A stretch of 64,000 nt of DNA, from positions 4,435 to 68,434 of the forward strand of contig JAPDPQ010000001.1 of NCBI GenBank assembly GCA_034506395.1. Direction: 5' to 3'. The notes below the pieces were generated by a model that saw only the letters and a program-made list of their open reading frames with translations, was not told the origin of the DNA and searched no databases. The stretch comes from Candidatus Zhuqueibacterota bacterium. GTDB lineage: Bacteria; Zhuqueibacterota; Zhuqueibacteria; Thermofontimicrobiales; Thermofontimicrobiaceae. Of the stretch, positions 1-7,741 are shown piece by piece. Position 1 is the stretch's first letter. Every line of letters begins with the position of its first letter. The translations under genes and the position numbers were made by a program.

Positions 1-1
1 G

Positions 2-760
2 GTTGGCAATGCCGGCTGTGCTGGTTGTGCCAATGGTCAGATCGGTCAAAATGGGCCTGGCGAAATCACGATTAGCACTGGTAATCGTAATTTTGCTGGC
101 AAGCAGGGGAAGGGGGAGGTCTATTTGGCTTCACCCGCTACTGTTGCAGCCTCCGCCGTGGCGGGGATCATTACTATTGCCAAACGCATTCCAAAAGACC
201 CAGTGCTGTTTCAGACTGGGATGGCAAAAAGGAGGCAACGCGCGGAGCCACGGACAACTGCTATTGCGAGCGAGAGGCCGACCCGATTGAATGGACGCGT
301 CTGGGTGATCCGCAAGGATAACATCGACACCGATATGATTTTTCACAACCGGTACCTCGCCATCACCGATGTGGCGCAGATGGGACAATACACTTTCGAT
401 AATCTGGCTGGATGGGAGGACTTCGCCCAAAAAGCTAAGCCTGGGGACATTGTCGTGACTGGCAAAAATTTCGGTGCTGGGAGCTCGCGCCAGCAAGCGG
501 TGGATTGTTTCAAAAGCTTGGGAATCGCTCTGATCATTGCAGAATCCTTTGGCGCAATTTACGAGCGCAACGCCATCAATGCTGGAATGCCGATCATTCG
601 ATCCGATTTAGTGCAAACCGATATCCAGGATGGGGAAATCATCGAGATCGATCTAAAAACTGGCAAGATCTTCCGACCTAAAAATCAACAGCAATATCAA
701 GCAGAGCCATTTTCCCCAGTTCAGATGGAGATCTATCAGCGCGGTGGATTATTGGGCTAA
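2..760 (+). CDS. Aconitase-family hydratase/dehydratase, 5'-truncated by the window edge. The large-subunit C-terminus is fused to a small-subunit (swivel, LeuD-like) domain.
   Basis: Frame 2 is open from base 2 and reads VGNAGCAGCANGQIG..NRNFAGKQG..YLASPATVAASAVAG, which are large-subunit Fe-S/C-terminal motifs. It runs without a stop into track ORF 125..760, which carries GRVWV..DNIDTDMI..GKNFGAGSSRQQA (swivel-domain motifs). Confidence 0.8.
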   Translation, partial: VGNAGCAGCANGQIGQNGPGEITISTGNRNFAGKQGKGEVYLASPATVAASAVAGIITIAKRIPKDPVLFQTGMAKRRQRAEPRTTAIASERPTRLNGRVWVIRKDNIDTDMIFHNRYLAITDVAQMGQYTFDNLAGWEDFAQKAKPGDIVVTGKNFGAGSSRQQAVDCFKSLGIALIIAESFGAIYERNAINAGMPIIRSDLVQTDIQDGEIIEIDLKTGKIFRPKNQQQYQAEPFSPVQMEIYQRGGLLG

Positions 761-793
761 GTTTATTTGGCTGAACATAAAAATTAATCCCCT

Positions 794-829
794 TGTCATA
801 CGAATCCTTCCTGACGAAGTGAGGAGGTC
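794..829. repeat. REP-like short dispersed repeat copy (TGTCAT..CGAA..CGAAG.GAGGA..TC), same family as the copies at 40456-40626
   Basis: tgtcatacgaatccttcctgacgaagtgaggaggtc resembles the reverse complement of 40598-40626 (aaatgtcattgcgaacgaagggaggaatct), with a 10-nt insertion. Confidence 0.4.
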
Positions 830-1072
830 GATGAGCATGTCTCATTTTTTATCTTTATAGTGCAGTGGCTCGCGATTGAAACGTGAAAAAGCCAATGCGC
901 TCAAGATCAATCTATGCTTTGGCAGAGAACTGAGTTATCTATTGCCAGGCCGCAAATTCAAAATTATCGCCGAGAGTCAATTCTTCTCTCTATCTTCAAT
1001 TTAAATCATTGATCGGCTCTGAATCTTTTTTCCACTGGAAACATCAAATTATCAGAATAATGGAGAGATCCA

Positions 1073-1285
1073 ATGGAAAAAGAAATTGAGCCGATCATTC
1101 AAAAATATTGCGGTGCACTTGAGGAACGGATCGCAGCTTGCCACGACAAAAAGGTTGCTCGGCTCTTGAAACAGTTCCTTTTTAATGAGATTCGGCAACA
1201 CTGTAAAAATAAAGCAACCCTGGCTGCTGTGCGCGCGCATATCGATTCGCTCATTCAAAAGCGATTTCAAAGCAAACCAAACTGA
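1073..1285 (+). CDS. Small hypothetical protein (70 aa), Cys/His-containing
   Basis: The ORF has a GGAGAG Shine-Dalgarno shortly upstream of the ATG and is immediately followed by the DUF1858-like gene. No family recognised. Confidence 0.4.
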   Translation: MEKEIEPIIQKYCGALEERIAACHDKKVARLLKQFLFNEIRQHCKNKATLAAVRAHIDSLIQKRFQSKPN

Positions 1286-1294
1286 AATTTAGCA

Positions 1295-1510
1295 ATGTCA
1301 GAAGTGAACAAAACTATCCCGATTGAAGAACTGGTCGTAAAATTTCCGCAATCGGTCAATTATTTGATGAACAAAGGGATCAAATGCATTGTTTGTGGGG
1401 AACCGATCTGGGGGACGCTTGAGGACGCTGCAAAGGAGCGCGGTTTTAGTGATCACGATATCGAAAGGCTTGTCGACGAGCTGAATCAACAGCTATCGCC
1501 AACCCTTTAA
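1295..1510 (+). CDS. DUF1858-like small redox-disulfide domain protein (hybrid-cluster-protein-associated type)
   Basis: 71 aa reading IEELVVKFPQSVNYLMNKGIKCIVCGEPIWGTLEDAAKERG. The layout (helix, CxxC, 'tLEeAa..hG') matches my memory of DUF1858. Confidence 0.6.
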   Translation: MSEVNKTIPIEELVVKFPQSVNYLMNKGIKCIVCGEPIWGTLEDAAKERGFSDHDIERLVDELNQQLSPTL

Positions 1511-1714
1511 ATCTTGAAAACTGATCATAGATATGAGGGAATCCTCCATCATAAACCAATTGCGAAAATAAAACTATCACTTGAGTAGATAAAGAAGTCA
1601 CCTCTATCTCATTCATAAAAGTGCCAACAGATGCCTGCAGTCGCAGGCGTGACATTCAGAATGTGGGGACTTATTTTTGGTAGAAGTATAAATTTGATTA
1701 AGAAGGACAGCTTT

Positions 1715-2155
1715 ATGAGAGCAAGGATCAAACGAGTTGATGGGTTAAGTTTAATCGGGAAGGCGGATTCGAATCACTGGGTGCCAATGGACACAGTGGA
1801 GGATTTTGGCGGTCATAATGCGGGCACAAAACCGATGGAATTGGTGCTATTGGGGCTTGGCGGTTGTACAGCGATGGATGTGCTATCGATTATGACAAAA
1901 AAACGCGCGCCAATCCAAGATTTTGAAATGGAGCTTGAGGCTGAGCAAGCAGCAGATTATCCAAAAGTATTCACCAAAATCAAAATCACTTACATTTTTT
2001 ACGGGGACAAAGAGAAAATCAAGGGAAAAGATATTGAGCGGGCCATCGAACTCTCACGGGATGTGTATTGCCCCGTCTCCAATATGTTAAAACATTCGGT
2101 AGCCATTGAGCATCACTACGAAATTCGAGAGCCCAAAATTGGTACAGACCAATGA
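1715..2155 (+). CDS. OsmC/Ohr-family peroxiredoxin-like protein
   Basis: KPMELVLLGLGGCTAMDVLSIMTKKR and DVYCPVSNML are the two conserved Cys blocks of the OsmC family. Start placed at ATG 1715, preceded by AAGAAGGA, rather than the track start at 1631. Confidence 0.8.
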   Translation: MRARIKRVDGLSLIGKADSNHWVPMDTVEDFGGHNAGTKPMELVLLGLGGCTAMDVLSIMTKKRAPIQDFEMELEAEQAADYPKVFTKIKITYIFYGDKEKIKGKDIERAIELSRDVYCPVSNMLKHSVAIEHHYEIREPKIGTDQ

Positions 2156-2267
2156 CTGTTCTAATATGCGTCCCAGCAGCTACGGACCAATCATTTTTTC
2201 GAGTGAAACTTAGCTCTCGAGATTGAGCATCAACAAAATATGTCTTGTTTTTTTCATGAAAATTTCT

Positions 2268-2296
2268 ATATTTCCGTTAACAAAAAACGGAAATAT
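2268..2296 (+). promoter_or_regulatory. Perfect 11-bp inverted repeat (ATATTTCCGTT-N7-AACGGAAATAT) overlapping the sigma-factor start codon
   Basis: Read directly: left arm 2268-2278, loop 2279-2285, right arm 2286-2296. The A and T of the ATG at 2295 lie in the right arm. Confidence 0.5.
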
Positions 2297-2870
2297 GGAT
2301 ATGGAATTGACAGAACAAGAATTGATCCGTCGTGCAAAGCAAGGAGATCGGGCAGCTCAGGCTAAAATTGTAAAAGACCATGAGAAAATGGTCTATAATT
2401 TGGGTCTAAAATTATTGGGCAACCCTGACCAAGCAGAGGGCGTTTTGCAAGAGACCTTCCTCAAGGTATTGCAAGCGCTTCCCAAATTCGAGGAAAAATC
2501 TCAGCTCTCGACTTGGATCTATCGCATCGCGACCAATCAGGCGCTCATGCGATTGCGTTCTCGCAAACGTCGTTTTATTTCAATTGAGGAAAATCCAGAA
2601 TTTGAGGATAAAGATTACACGACCTTCGCTCAATCGTTGGATGCAACCCCACTGGATGACGTGCTGAATCAGGAATTGCGAGAAAAGATGGATCGAGCGA
2701 TTGAGCAATTGCCAGATAATTATAAAACAGTGTTCGTGATGAAGGATATCGAAGGGATGGCATTGAAGGAAATTGCAGAAATTTTAGACCTGTCTTTGCC
2801 TGCAGTCAAATCCAATCTGCACCGCGCCAGAGTTACTCTTCGAAATAAATTGGCTGAAATGTGGAACTGA
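2295..2870 (+). CDS. ECF-subfamily sigma-70 RNA polymerase sigma factor
   Basis: Region 2 (VYNLGLKLLGNPDQAEGVLQETFLKV..WIYRIATNQALMRLR) and region 4 (VFVMKDIEGMALKEIAEILDLSLPAVKSNLHRAR) motifs. Start moved to ATG 2295, or possibly 2301. Confidence 0.85.
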   Translation: MDMELTEQELIRRAKQGDRAAQAKIVKDHEKMVYNLGLKLLGNPDQAEGVLQETFLKVLQALPKFEEKSQLSTWIYRIATNQALMRLRSRKRRFISIEENPEFEDKDYTTFAQSLDATPLDDVLNQELREKMDRAIEQLPDNYKTVFVMKDIEGMALKEIAEILDLSLPAVKSNLHRARVTLRNKLAEMWN

Positions 2871-2880
2871 GGAATTTGCG

Positions 2881-3114
2881 ATGGAATGTTTTGAGTCTCT
2901 GGAAAAAATTTGTGAAGCGCTTGGAGAAGATATCGATAGCCCAATGTGCAAAGAGGTTGAGGAGCATTTGCGCAATTGCCCCCGCTGTTGCGCCCACGTC
3001 GATTCGGTCCGCAAGGTCGTTCGGCTTTATCGACAGATTGGCGATGCGGAGGTGCCTGTAGCCGTGGACGAACGATTGTGGAAAGTGCTCAATCTTTCAA
3101 AGCCACAAGACTGA
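2881..3114 (+). CDS. Short soluble zinc-binding anti-sigma factor (ZAS type)
   Basis: Starts 11 nt after the sigma-factor stop. 77 aa with EEHLRNCPRCC (HxxxCxxC ZAS motif). No hydrophobic segment long enough for a TM helix. Confidence 0.65.
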   Translation: MECFESLEKICEALGEDIDSPMCKEVEEHLRNCPRCCAHVDSVRKVVRLYRQIGDAEVPVAVDERLWKVLNLSKPQD

Positions 3115-3368
3115 AGCTTGGCGCAAACCAGCTTCTATCTTTGAGCCCTACTGTTGCGCGCAGCAAATTATTATTATCCCACCGAACCAAACTAAATTCA
3201 TTTTCAAATGCAGTTCAGCCCTCGCTTCCGTTCTTTTGACCCTCCACATTTTGACTCGATCATTCGTCCGCCTTTATGCGCGGAATTACCTTTGGTGACT
3301 TTATATTCATGACTACAATAAGATCGATGCTTGGTGATGAGAAGATGGCAAAAGGCACGATTATTCGC

Positions 3369-3397
3369 TTGACAGATTGCCGATTATTTTGTATATT
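3369..3397 (+). promoter_or_regulatory. Sigma-70-type promoter upstream of the RpiB-DeoC gene
   Basis: TTGACA (3369-3374), 17-nt spacer, TATATT (3392-3397), about 73 nt upstream of ATG 3470. The hexamers are identical to those of the rpsT promoter at 58338. Confidence 0.5.
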
Positions 3398-3469
3398 ACC
3401 GCCGTTTTTAAAATGCATCGCGCATGTGAGAGATCAACCATGTAACAAACGAGAAAGATTCGGAATCAG

Positions 3470-4876
3470 ATGAGCACCCAGCCGGGAATTAAAATCCGAA
3501 AAATTGCTATCGGCGCCGACCATGCGGGATTTGAGCTCAAGGAGAAGCTCAAAAAATATCTTGCTGATCGAGGGCATCATCTTTTTGATTGTGGAACTTT
3601 CAGCACCGAATCCGTGGATTATCCGAAGATCGCCTTTCAGGTTGCACAATTGGTGAGCAGAGGCGAATATGAATTGGGAATCATGATCGACGGTGCGGGG
3701 ATTGGTTCGGCGATGGCAGCCAATAAGGTCCCCGGTATTCGAGCGGCTCTCTGTTACGATCTTTCGACCGCACGCAATAGTCGCGAGCACAACAACGCCA
3801 ATGTCCTCACTCTGGGGGGTGGGCTGATCGGTTTTGAATTGGCCAAACAGATCGTCGATACCTGGCTGGCATCAGAGTGCACAGTCGATCGACACCTGCG
3901 CCGAGTACAGATGATCCATGACATCGAACAAGGAAAATTCACTGTGAATCAGATAACGATGCCTCCAGGTCCCTCATCTGGGTTGGCAATTTCCGAGGAA
4001 GACGTTAAGAAAATCGTTTCGAGAGTCCAAACTTTATTACAGCAGCAGATGGGAACTGGTGCGATGTGGACATCCGCTAGTTGTCAAAATCCCACATGCA
4101 ATTCGTGCGGCCAATGTGCGAATAAGGCCCCTGATGCCGTTCGTCAATTTATTTCCATTGGTGCTGCGCGCATCTCTAATGCTCCAGGTGGCATCGGTGC
4201 CCCGCAGGACATCGCCAAATTTATTGACCACACGCTGCTCAAGCCAGAAGCTACGATTTCGGATATCGAACGGGTTTGTCAGGAGGCAGTGAAATATCAA
4301 TTTGCAGCGGTGTGTATTAATCCCTGCTATGTGAAATTGGCGCATGAATTGACACGTGGATCCAATGTAAAAGTTTGTAGCGTGGTTGGGTTTCCGCTCG
4401 GGGCAAGCATCACCGAGATTAAAGCCCTGGAGGCTCGGCGAGCGATTCGCGACGGGGCGAAGGAGATCGATATGGTAATCAACATCGGTGCACTCAAAAG
4501 CGACAATGATGAATTGGTGTTTCGGGACATCCGGACTGTGGTGGATGCTTGTGTGGATGGAAGCGCAATCTGCAAGGTTATCATTGAAGCAGCGCTCTTG
4601 ACCGATGAAGAGAAAGTGAGGGCGTGCGAGCTGGCAAAGCGGGCGCGAGCCCATTATGTGAAAACGTCGACGGGATTCGGCCCCGGCGGTGCGACTGCGC
4701 ATGACGTCGCGCTGATGCGACAGGTGGTGAGCGGCACACGAATGGGCGTGAAGGCTGCGGGCGGCATCCGATCGCTGGCAGACGCACAAAAGATGATCGA
4801 AGCGGGGGCCACTCGGATCGGCGCCAGCGCTGGCGTGAAAATCGTCCAAGAAGCAGCAAAGGTGGCAAATCCCTGA
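3470..4876 (+). CDS. Fusion protein: RpiB/LacAB-family sugar-phosphate isomerase (aa 11-155), linker (aa 156-245), deoxyribose-phosphate aldolase DeoC/DERA (aa 246-468)
   Basis: The N-terminal half reads [49 protein letters not shown] (RpiB family). The C-terminal half reads [42 protein letters not shown] (class I DERA with Schiff-base Lys). The linker holds an amphipathic helix ([19 protein letters not shown]) and a C-x4-C-x2-C-x2-C cluster. Confidence 0.9.
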   Translation: MSTQPGIKIRKIAIGADHAGFELKEKLKKYLADRGHHLFDCGTFSTESVDYPKIAFQVAQLVSRGEYELGIMIDGAGIGSAMAANKVPGIRAALCYDLSTARNSREHNNANVLTLGGGLIGFELAKQIVDTWLASECTVDRHLRRVQMIHDIEQGKFTVNQITMPPGPSSGLAISEEDVKKIVSRVQTLLQQQMGTGAMWTSASCQNPTCNSCGQCANKAPDAVRQFISIGAARISNAPGGIGAPQDIAKFIDHTLLKPEATISDIERVCQEAVKYQFAAVCINPCYVKLAHELTRGSNVKVCSVVGFPLGASITEIKALEARRAIRDGAKEIDMVINIGALKSDNDELVFRDIRTVVDACVDGSAICKVIIEAALLTDEEKVRACELAKRARAHYVKTSTGFGPGGATAHDVALMRQVVSGTRMGVKAAGGIRSLADAQKMIEAGATRIGASAGVKIVQEAAKVANP

Positions 4877-5063
4877 TCGCCTCGGTCTCGTTCCCAACAC
4901 TTATCAGGTCACTATCGCTGCATCATCTTTTATTTTTTTATGCAAAAAATCGATGTTACATATAACTGAGAGCAAAACCGAACAAGATTAGTTATTGATG
5001 AGTCAGCCCATTTAAAATCCAAAATTCTAACAATGTTTTGAATTTGTTCACAAGGAGAGCTCT

Positions 5064-5693
5064 GTGGTTGACCTACGCGCTTATGTCTTTTTGGACAATC
5101 TTCAGCCGCAATACGCCGCCTTTTTGGGCACGGTGGCACAAGGGTTCCTGCCAATCGCCCACATGGCGTCGCTTTATGTCGAGATCTCCCCAGGGATCGA
5201 AATCAATCGTATCACGGATATCGCTTTGAAATCGACTCGGGTAACGCCGGGGATGCAAATTGTGGAACGCCTTTATGGTTTGCTTGAGATCCATTCTGAG
5301 TCTCAGGCGGACGTTCGGCAGGCTGGTCAGGCGATTTTGGACGCGTTGGGTTTAAAGGAAGAAGATCGCTGGAAGCCGAAGATTTACTCCAGCCAGGTGA
5401 TCCGACGAATTGATGACCATCAGACGCAATTGATTAATCGCATGCGCCACGGCAACATGATCATTCCGGGCCAGACATTGTATGTGATGGAAGTTGCCCC
5501 GGCAGCTTATGCCGCACTGGCAGCGAACGAAGCGGAAAAGGCCGCCGAAATTAATATCCTAGAGGTTCGAGCTTTTGGCAGTTTTGGACGCGTTTATCTG
5601 GGAGGAGAGGAACGCGATATCGACGTGGGGTGGCGCGCGGCTGTTCATGCCATTGAAAGCGTCACTGGCAAAATGTTTGAAGGAGCGTCTTAG
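5064..5693 (+). CDS. BMC shell protein with tandem BMC domains (BMC-T, probably permuted type)
   Basis: 209 aa with two halves, each showing the BMC-domain pattern (..[20 protein letters not shown].. and ..[45 protein letters not shown]). GTG start with AAGGAG 7 nt upstream. Confidence 0.6.
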   Translation: MVDLRAYVFLDNLQPQYAAFLGTVAQGFLPIAHMASLYVEISPGIEINRITDIALKSTRVTPGMQIVERLYGLLEIHSESQADVRQAGQAILDALGLKEEDRWKPKIYSSQVIRRIDDHQTQLINRMRHGNMIIPGQTLYVMEVAPAAYAALAANEAEKAAEINILEVRAFGSFGRVYLGGEERDIDVGWRAAVHAIESVTGKMFEGAS

Positions 5694-5916
5694 GTCGCTA
5701 TCCCTCTGCGCCAAAATATTTTATTGCTGATGCGTATCAACCCCATGGGCTTAAAGTTCTTCATCTTTCCATAATGAAAAAATAACGGACGCTTTTAAGG
5801 GAAGCTCATAAATTTTCCAACTTTTTTTCAGACTTCTGTGCAATGAGCCGATATCGATCAATCTCCTGTCACTGTTGAATAGGTAGGAGTCTATTTTATT
5901 TTAACAAGTCACAACT

Positions 5917-5945
5917 CAGGCATGCCCGCATTAACAGGCATGCCC
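5917..5945. promoter_or_regulatory. Two copies of CAGGCATGCCC (palindromic core GGCATGCC) 18 bp apart; candidate operator upstream of the BMC-H gene
   Basis: Read directly: 5917-5927 and 5935-5945. They are bracketed by TTAACAAGT at 5901-5909 and 5992-6000. Confidence 0.4.
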
Positions 5946-6013
5946 CGATTTTGCAATTTATTTGAATTTTATGAAAGTCTCAGTTATTTAGTTAACAAGT
6001 TTAGGACAGCGCA

Positions 6014-6041
6014 TTGACAAATTGGTTTAGAACATTTTACT
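6014..6041 (+). promoter_or_regulatory. Candidate sigma-70 promoter for the BMC-H operon segment
   Basis: TTGACA (6014-6019), 16-nt spacer, TTTACT (6036-6041). AGGAGG Shine-Dalgarno at 6049-6054 precedes ATG 6063. The -10 element is weak. Confidence 0.3.
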
Positions 6042-6062
6042 GGTACTCAGGAGGAATGAAGC

Positions 6063-6383
6063 ATGGCCGAAGCTTTAGGAATGATTGAATGTCGTAGTTT
6101 TCCAGCAATGGTGGAAGCTGCAGATGCCATGGTTAAGGCTGCCAAGGTTGAGTTGGTCAGTTACGAGAAAACTGGGGGAGGATACGTCACTGCGATCATC
6201 CGTGGGGATGTTGCTGCGGTAAAGGCCGCTTGCGAAGCTGGACAAGCTGGTGCCGCCAAAGTGGGTGAGGTCGTTGCCGTGCATATTATCGCTCGGCCGC
6301 ACAGCAATGTGGACCTGGTATTGCCATTGGGCAGAAAGGAACAGGTAGCCGCAGAGCTGAAGAAAACCAAGCGCGATGAATAA
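6063..6383 (+). CDS. BMC shell protein BMC-H (PduA/EutM-like hexamer)
   Basis: [66 protein letters not shown] is the canonical single BMC domain. Confidence 0.95.
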   Translation: MAEALGMIECRSFPAMVEAADAMVKAAKVELVSYEKTGGGYVTAIIRGDVAAVKAACEAGQAGAAKVGEVVAVHIIARPHSNVDLVLPLGRKEQVAAELKKTKRDE

Positions 6384-6612
6384 TCAATAAAGGGCTGGAT
6401 AGAAGCCGCAAGTCAACGACGCTGCAAGTTGCTCTTGTTTGCTTTTAAAAATTTTTCAGCCAAGAGGCAAAACTATTTTTCCTTGCGTTAATAGCGGCTG
6501 AGAAAGAATTGAACTTCTGAAATAGCCCCTGATTCTGAATAGTTGGTAGCGAATAAGTTTGAAGCCATAAATTTGAGACAAATTGCTGCCAGAGTTATGA
6601 GCAGGAAAAGCT

Positions 6613-6912
6613 ATGGTATTAGCCAAAGTAATTGGGACCGTGGTCGCCACGCGAAAAGAAAAGAGCATGGAAGGGCTCAAATTCCTGCTTTTGCGACAGG
6701 TCGACCTCGATGGCAACGAGATTGGGGGTCATATCGTTGCTGCTGATGCTGTTGGTGCAGGTCTGGGCGAAATGGTGCTTTATGCCACTGGTAGCTCGGC
6801 TCGACAAACCGTAATGACTGATAAGCGGCCTTGCGATGCGGTCATTATGGCCATTGTGGATAACTGGGAAGTGAACGGACAGATCAAATACAAAAAAGGA
6901 CAACATGATTGA
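6613..6912 (+). CDS. BMC vertex protein BMC-P (EutN/CcmL family), paralog 1
   Basis: [51 protein letters not shown] is the typical EutN/CcmL pattern. Confidence 0.9.
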   Translation: MVLAKVIGTVVATRKEKSMEGLKFLLLRQVDLDGNEIGGHIVAADAVGAGLGEMVLYATGSSARQTVMTDKRPCDAVIMAIVDNWEVNGQIKYKKGQHD

Positions 6913-7027
6913 CCTGCTCCGCCGCCTAATATTTTCCATTAGCCGTGCAATGACAGATTGTTGAGATTTAAACTCCAATGAAACCGCAGGCTGATTTGGC
7001 ATTTAATGAAATAACAGGTAGCGCAAA

Positions 7028-7594
7028 TTGGATCGACCTTTTTTAATCGGCAAAAAGATCTATCTCCGACCAGTAGAGCCTGAGGATGCGGCATTTCTCG
7101 CTCGGGGGGAAAATCACCCAGCGGTGCGCGAGGCGTTATTTCTGGCATTCCCCGTGAGTATGGGAACTGAGCTGGAGAAGATCGAGCAATTCATCAAATC
7201 CAAAGAAGCAATTGTGCTGATCATTGTAGACCAGCAGACGAATCAACCAGTCGGCCAGACCGCATTCTTTCGCATCGATTTCGTCAGCCGAGCGGCCGTT
7301 TTTTATCTGGCAATCCTCGATCCGAGCCATTGGTCGAAGGGGTATGGCTCGGAGGCCACACAACTCATGGTTGATTACGCATTCGAGACGCTCAATCTCA
7401 ATCGCATCCAGCTTCATGTCTGCGCCGAAAATACCCCTGCCATTCGGATTTATGAGCGCGCTGGATTCAAAAAAGAGGGAGTTTTACGACAGGCTATGTT
7501 TCGCAACGGGGCTTATGTGGATTTCTGGGTGATGGGCATCTTGCGGAGCGATTGGTCGGTGCGATCTCAAAATAGCCAAGTCTTTTCGGCATAA
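7028..7594 (+). CDS. GNAT-family N-acyltransferase (RimJ/RimL-like) embedded in the BMC locus
   Basis: IYLRPVEPEDAAFL..SKGYGSEATQLMVDYAFETLNLNRIQLHVCAENTPAIRIYERAGFKKEG gives the GNAT motifs A/B. TTG start; there is no in-frame ATG upstream of the conserved core. Confidence 0.75.
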   Translation: MDRPFLIGKKIYLRPVEPEDAAFLARGENHPAVREALFLAFPVSMGTELEKIEQFIKSKEAIVLIIVDQQTNQPVGQTAFFRIDFVSRAAVFYLAILDPSHWSKGYGSEATQLMVDYAFETLNLNRIQLHVCAENTPAIRIYERAGFKKEGVLRQAMFRNGAYVDFWVMGILRSDWSVRSQNSQVFSA

Positions 7595-7741
7595 GCCAAT
7601 CAAATCCAGCCATAAATTCATCGACACAATAGGTATTTTTCGCCGGTGGTTGAATGATCTTAATAGTTGATTAGAGACTTTCGTTCACATACAACAATTA
7701 TTTGGTTTATCATGCGATCACTTTAACGCTGGAGCGAACCC

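Noticed and set aside
3-290. Track ORF 3..290 (+, 95 aa) at the left edge
   Set aside because: It is in a different frame from the clearly conserved aconitase-family reading frame, which is open from base 2 and continues into 125..760. Its Leu/Arg-rich translation has no recognisable motif.
4037-4900. 287-aa ORF antisense to the DeoC half of the fusion gene. Similar long antisense ORFs lie at 8263..8847, 28728..29225, 35701..36249 and 41205..41714.
   Set aside because: All lie entirely inside strongly supported genes on the opposite strand. Their translations are Arg/Ser/His/Cys-rich and low in complexity, as is typical for stop-free antisense frames of GC3-rich coding sequence. None has a motif or a plausible RBS.
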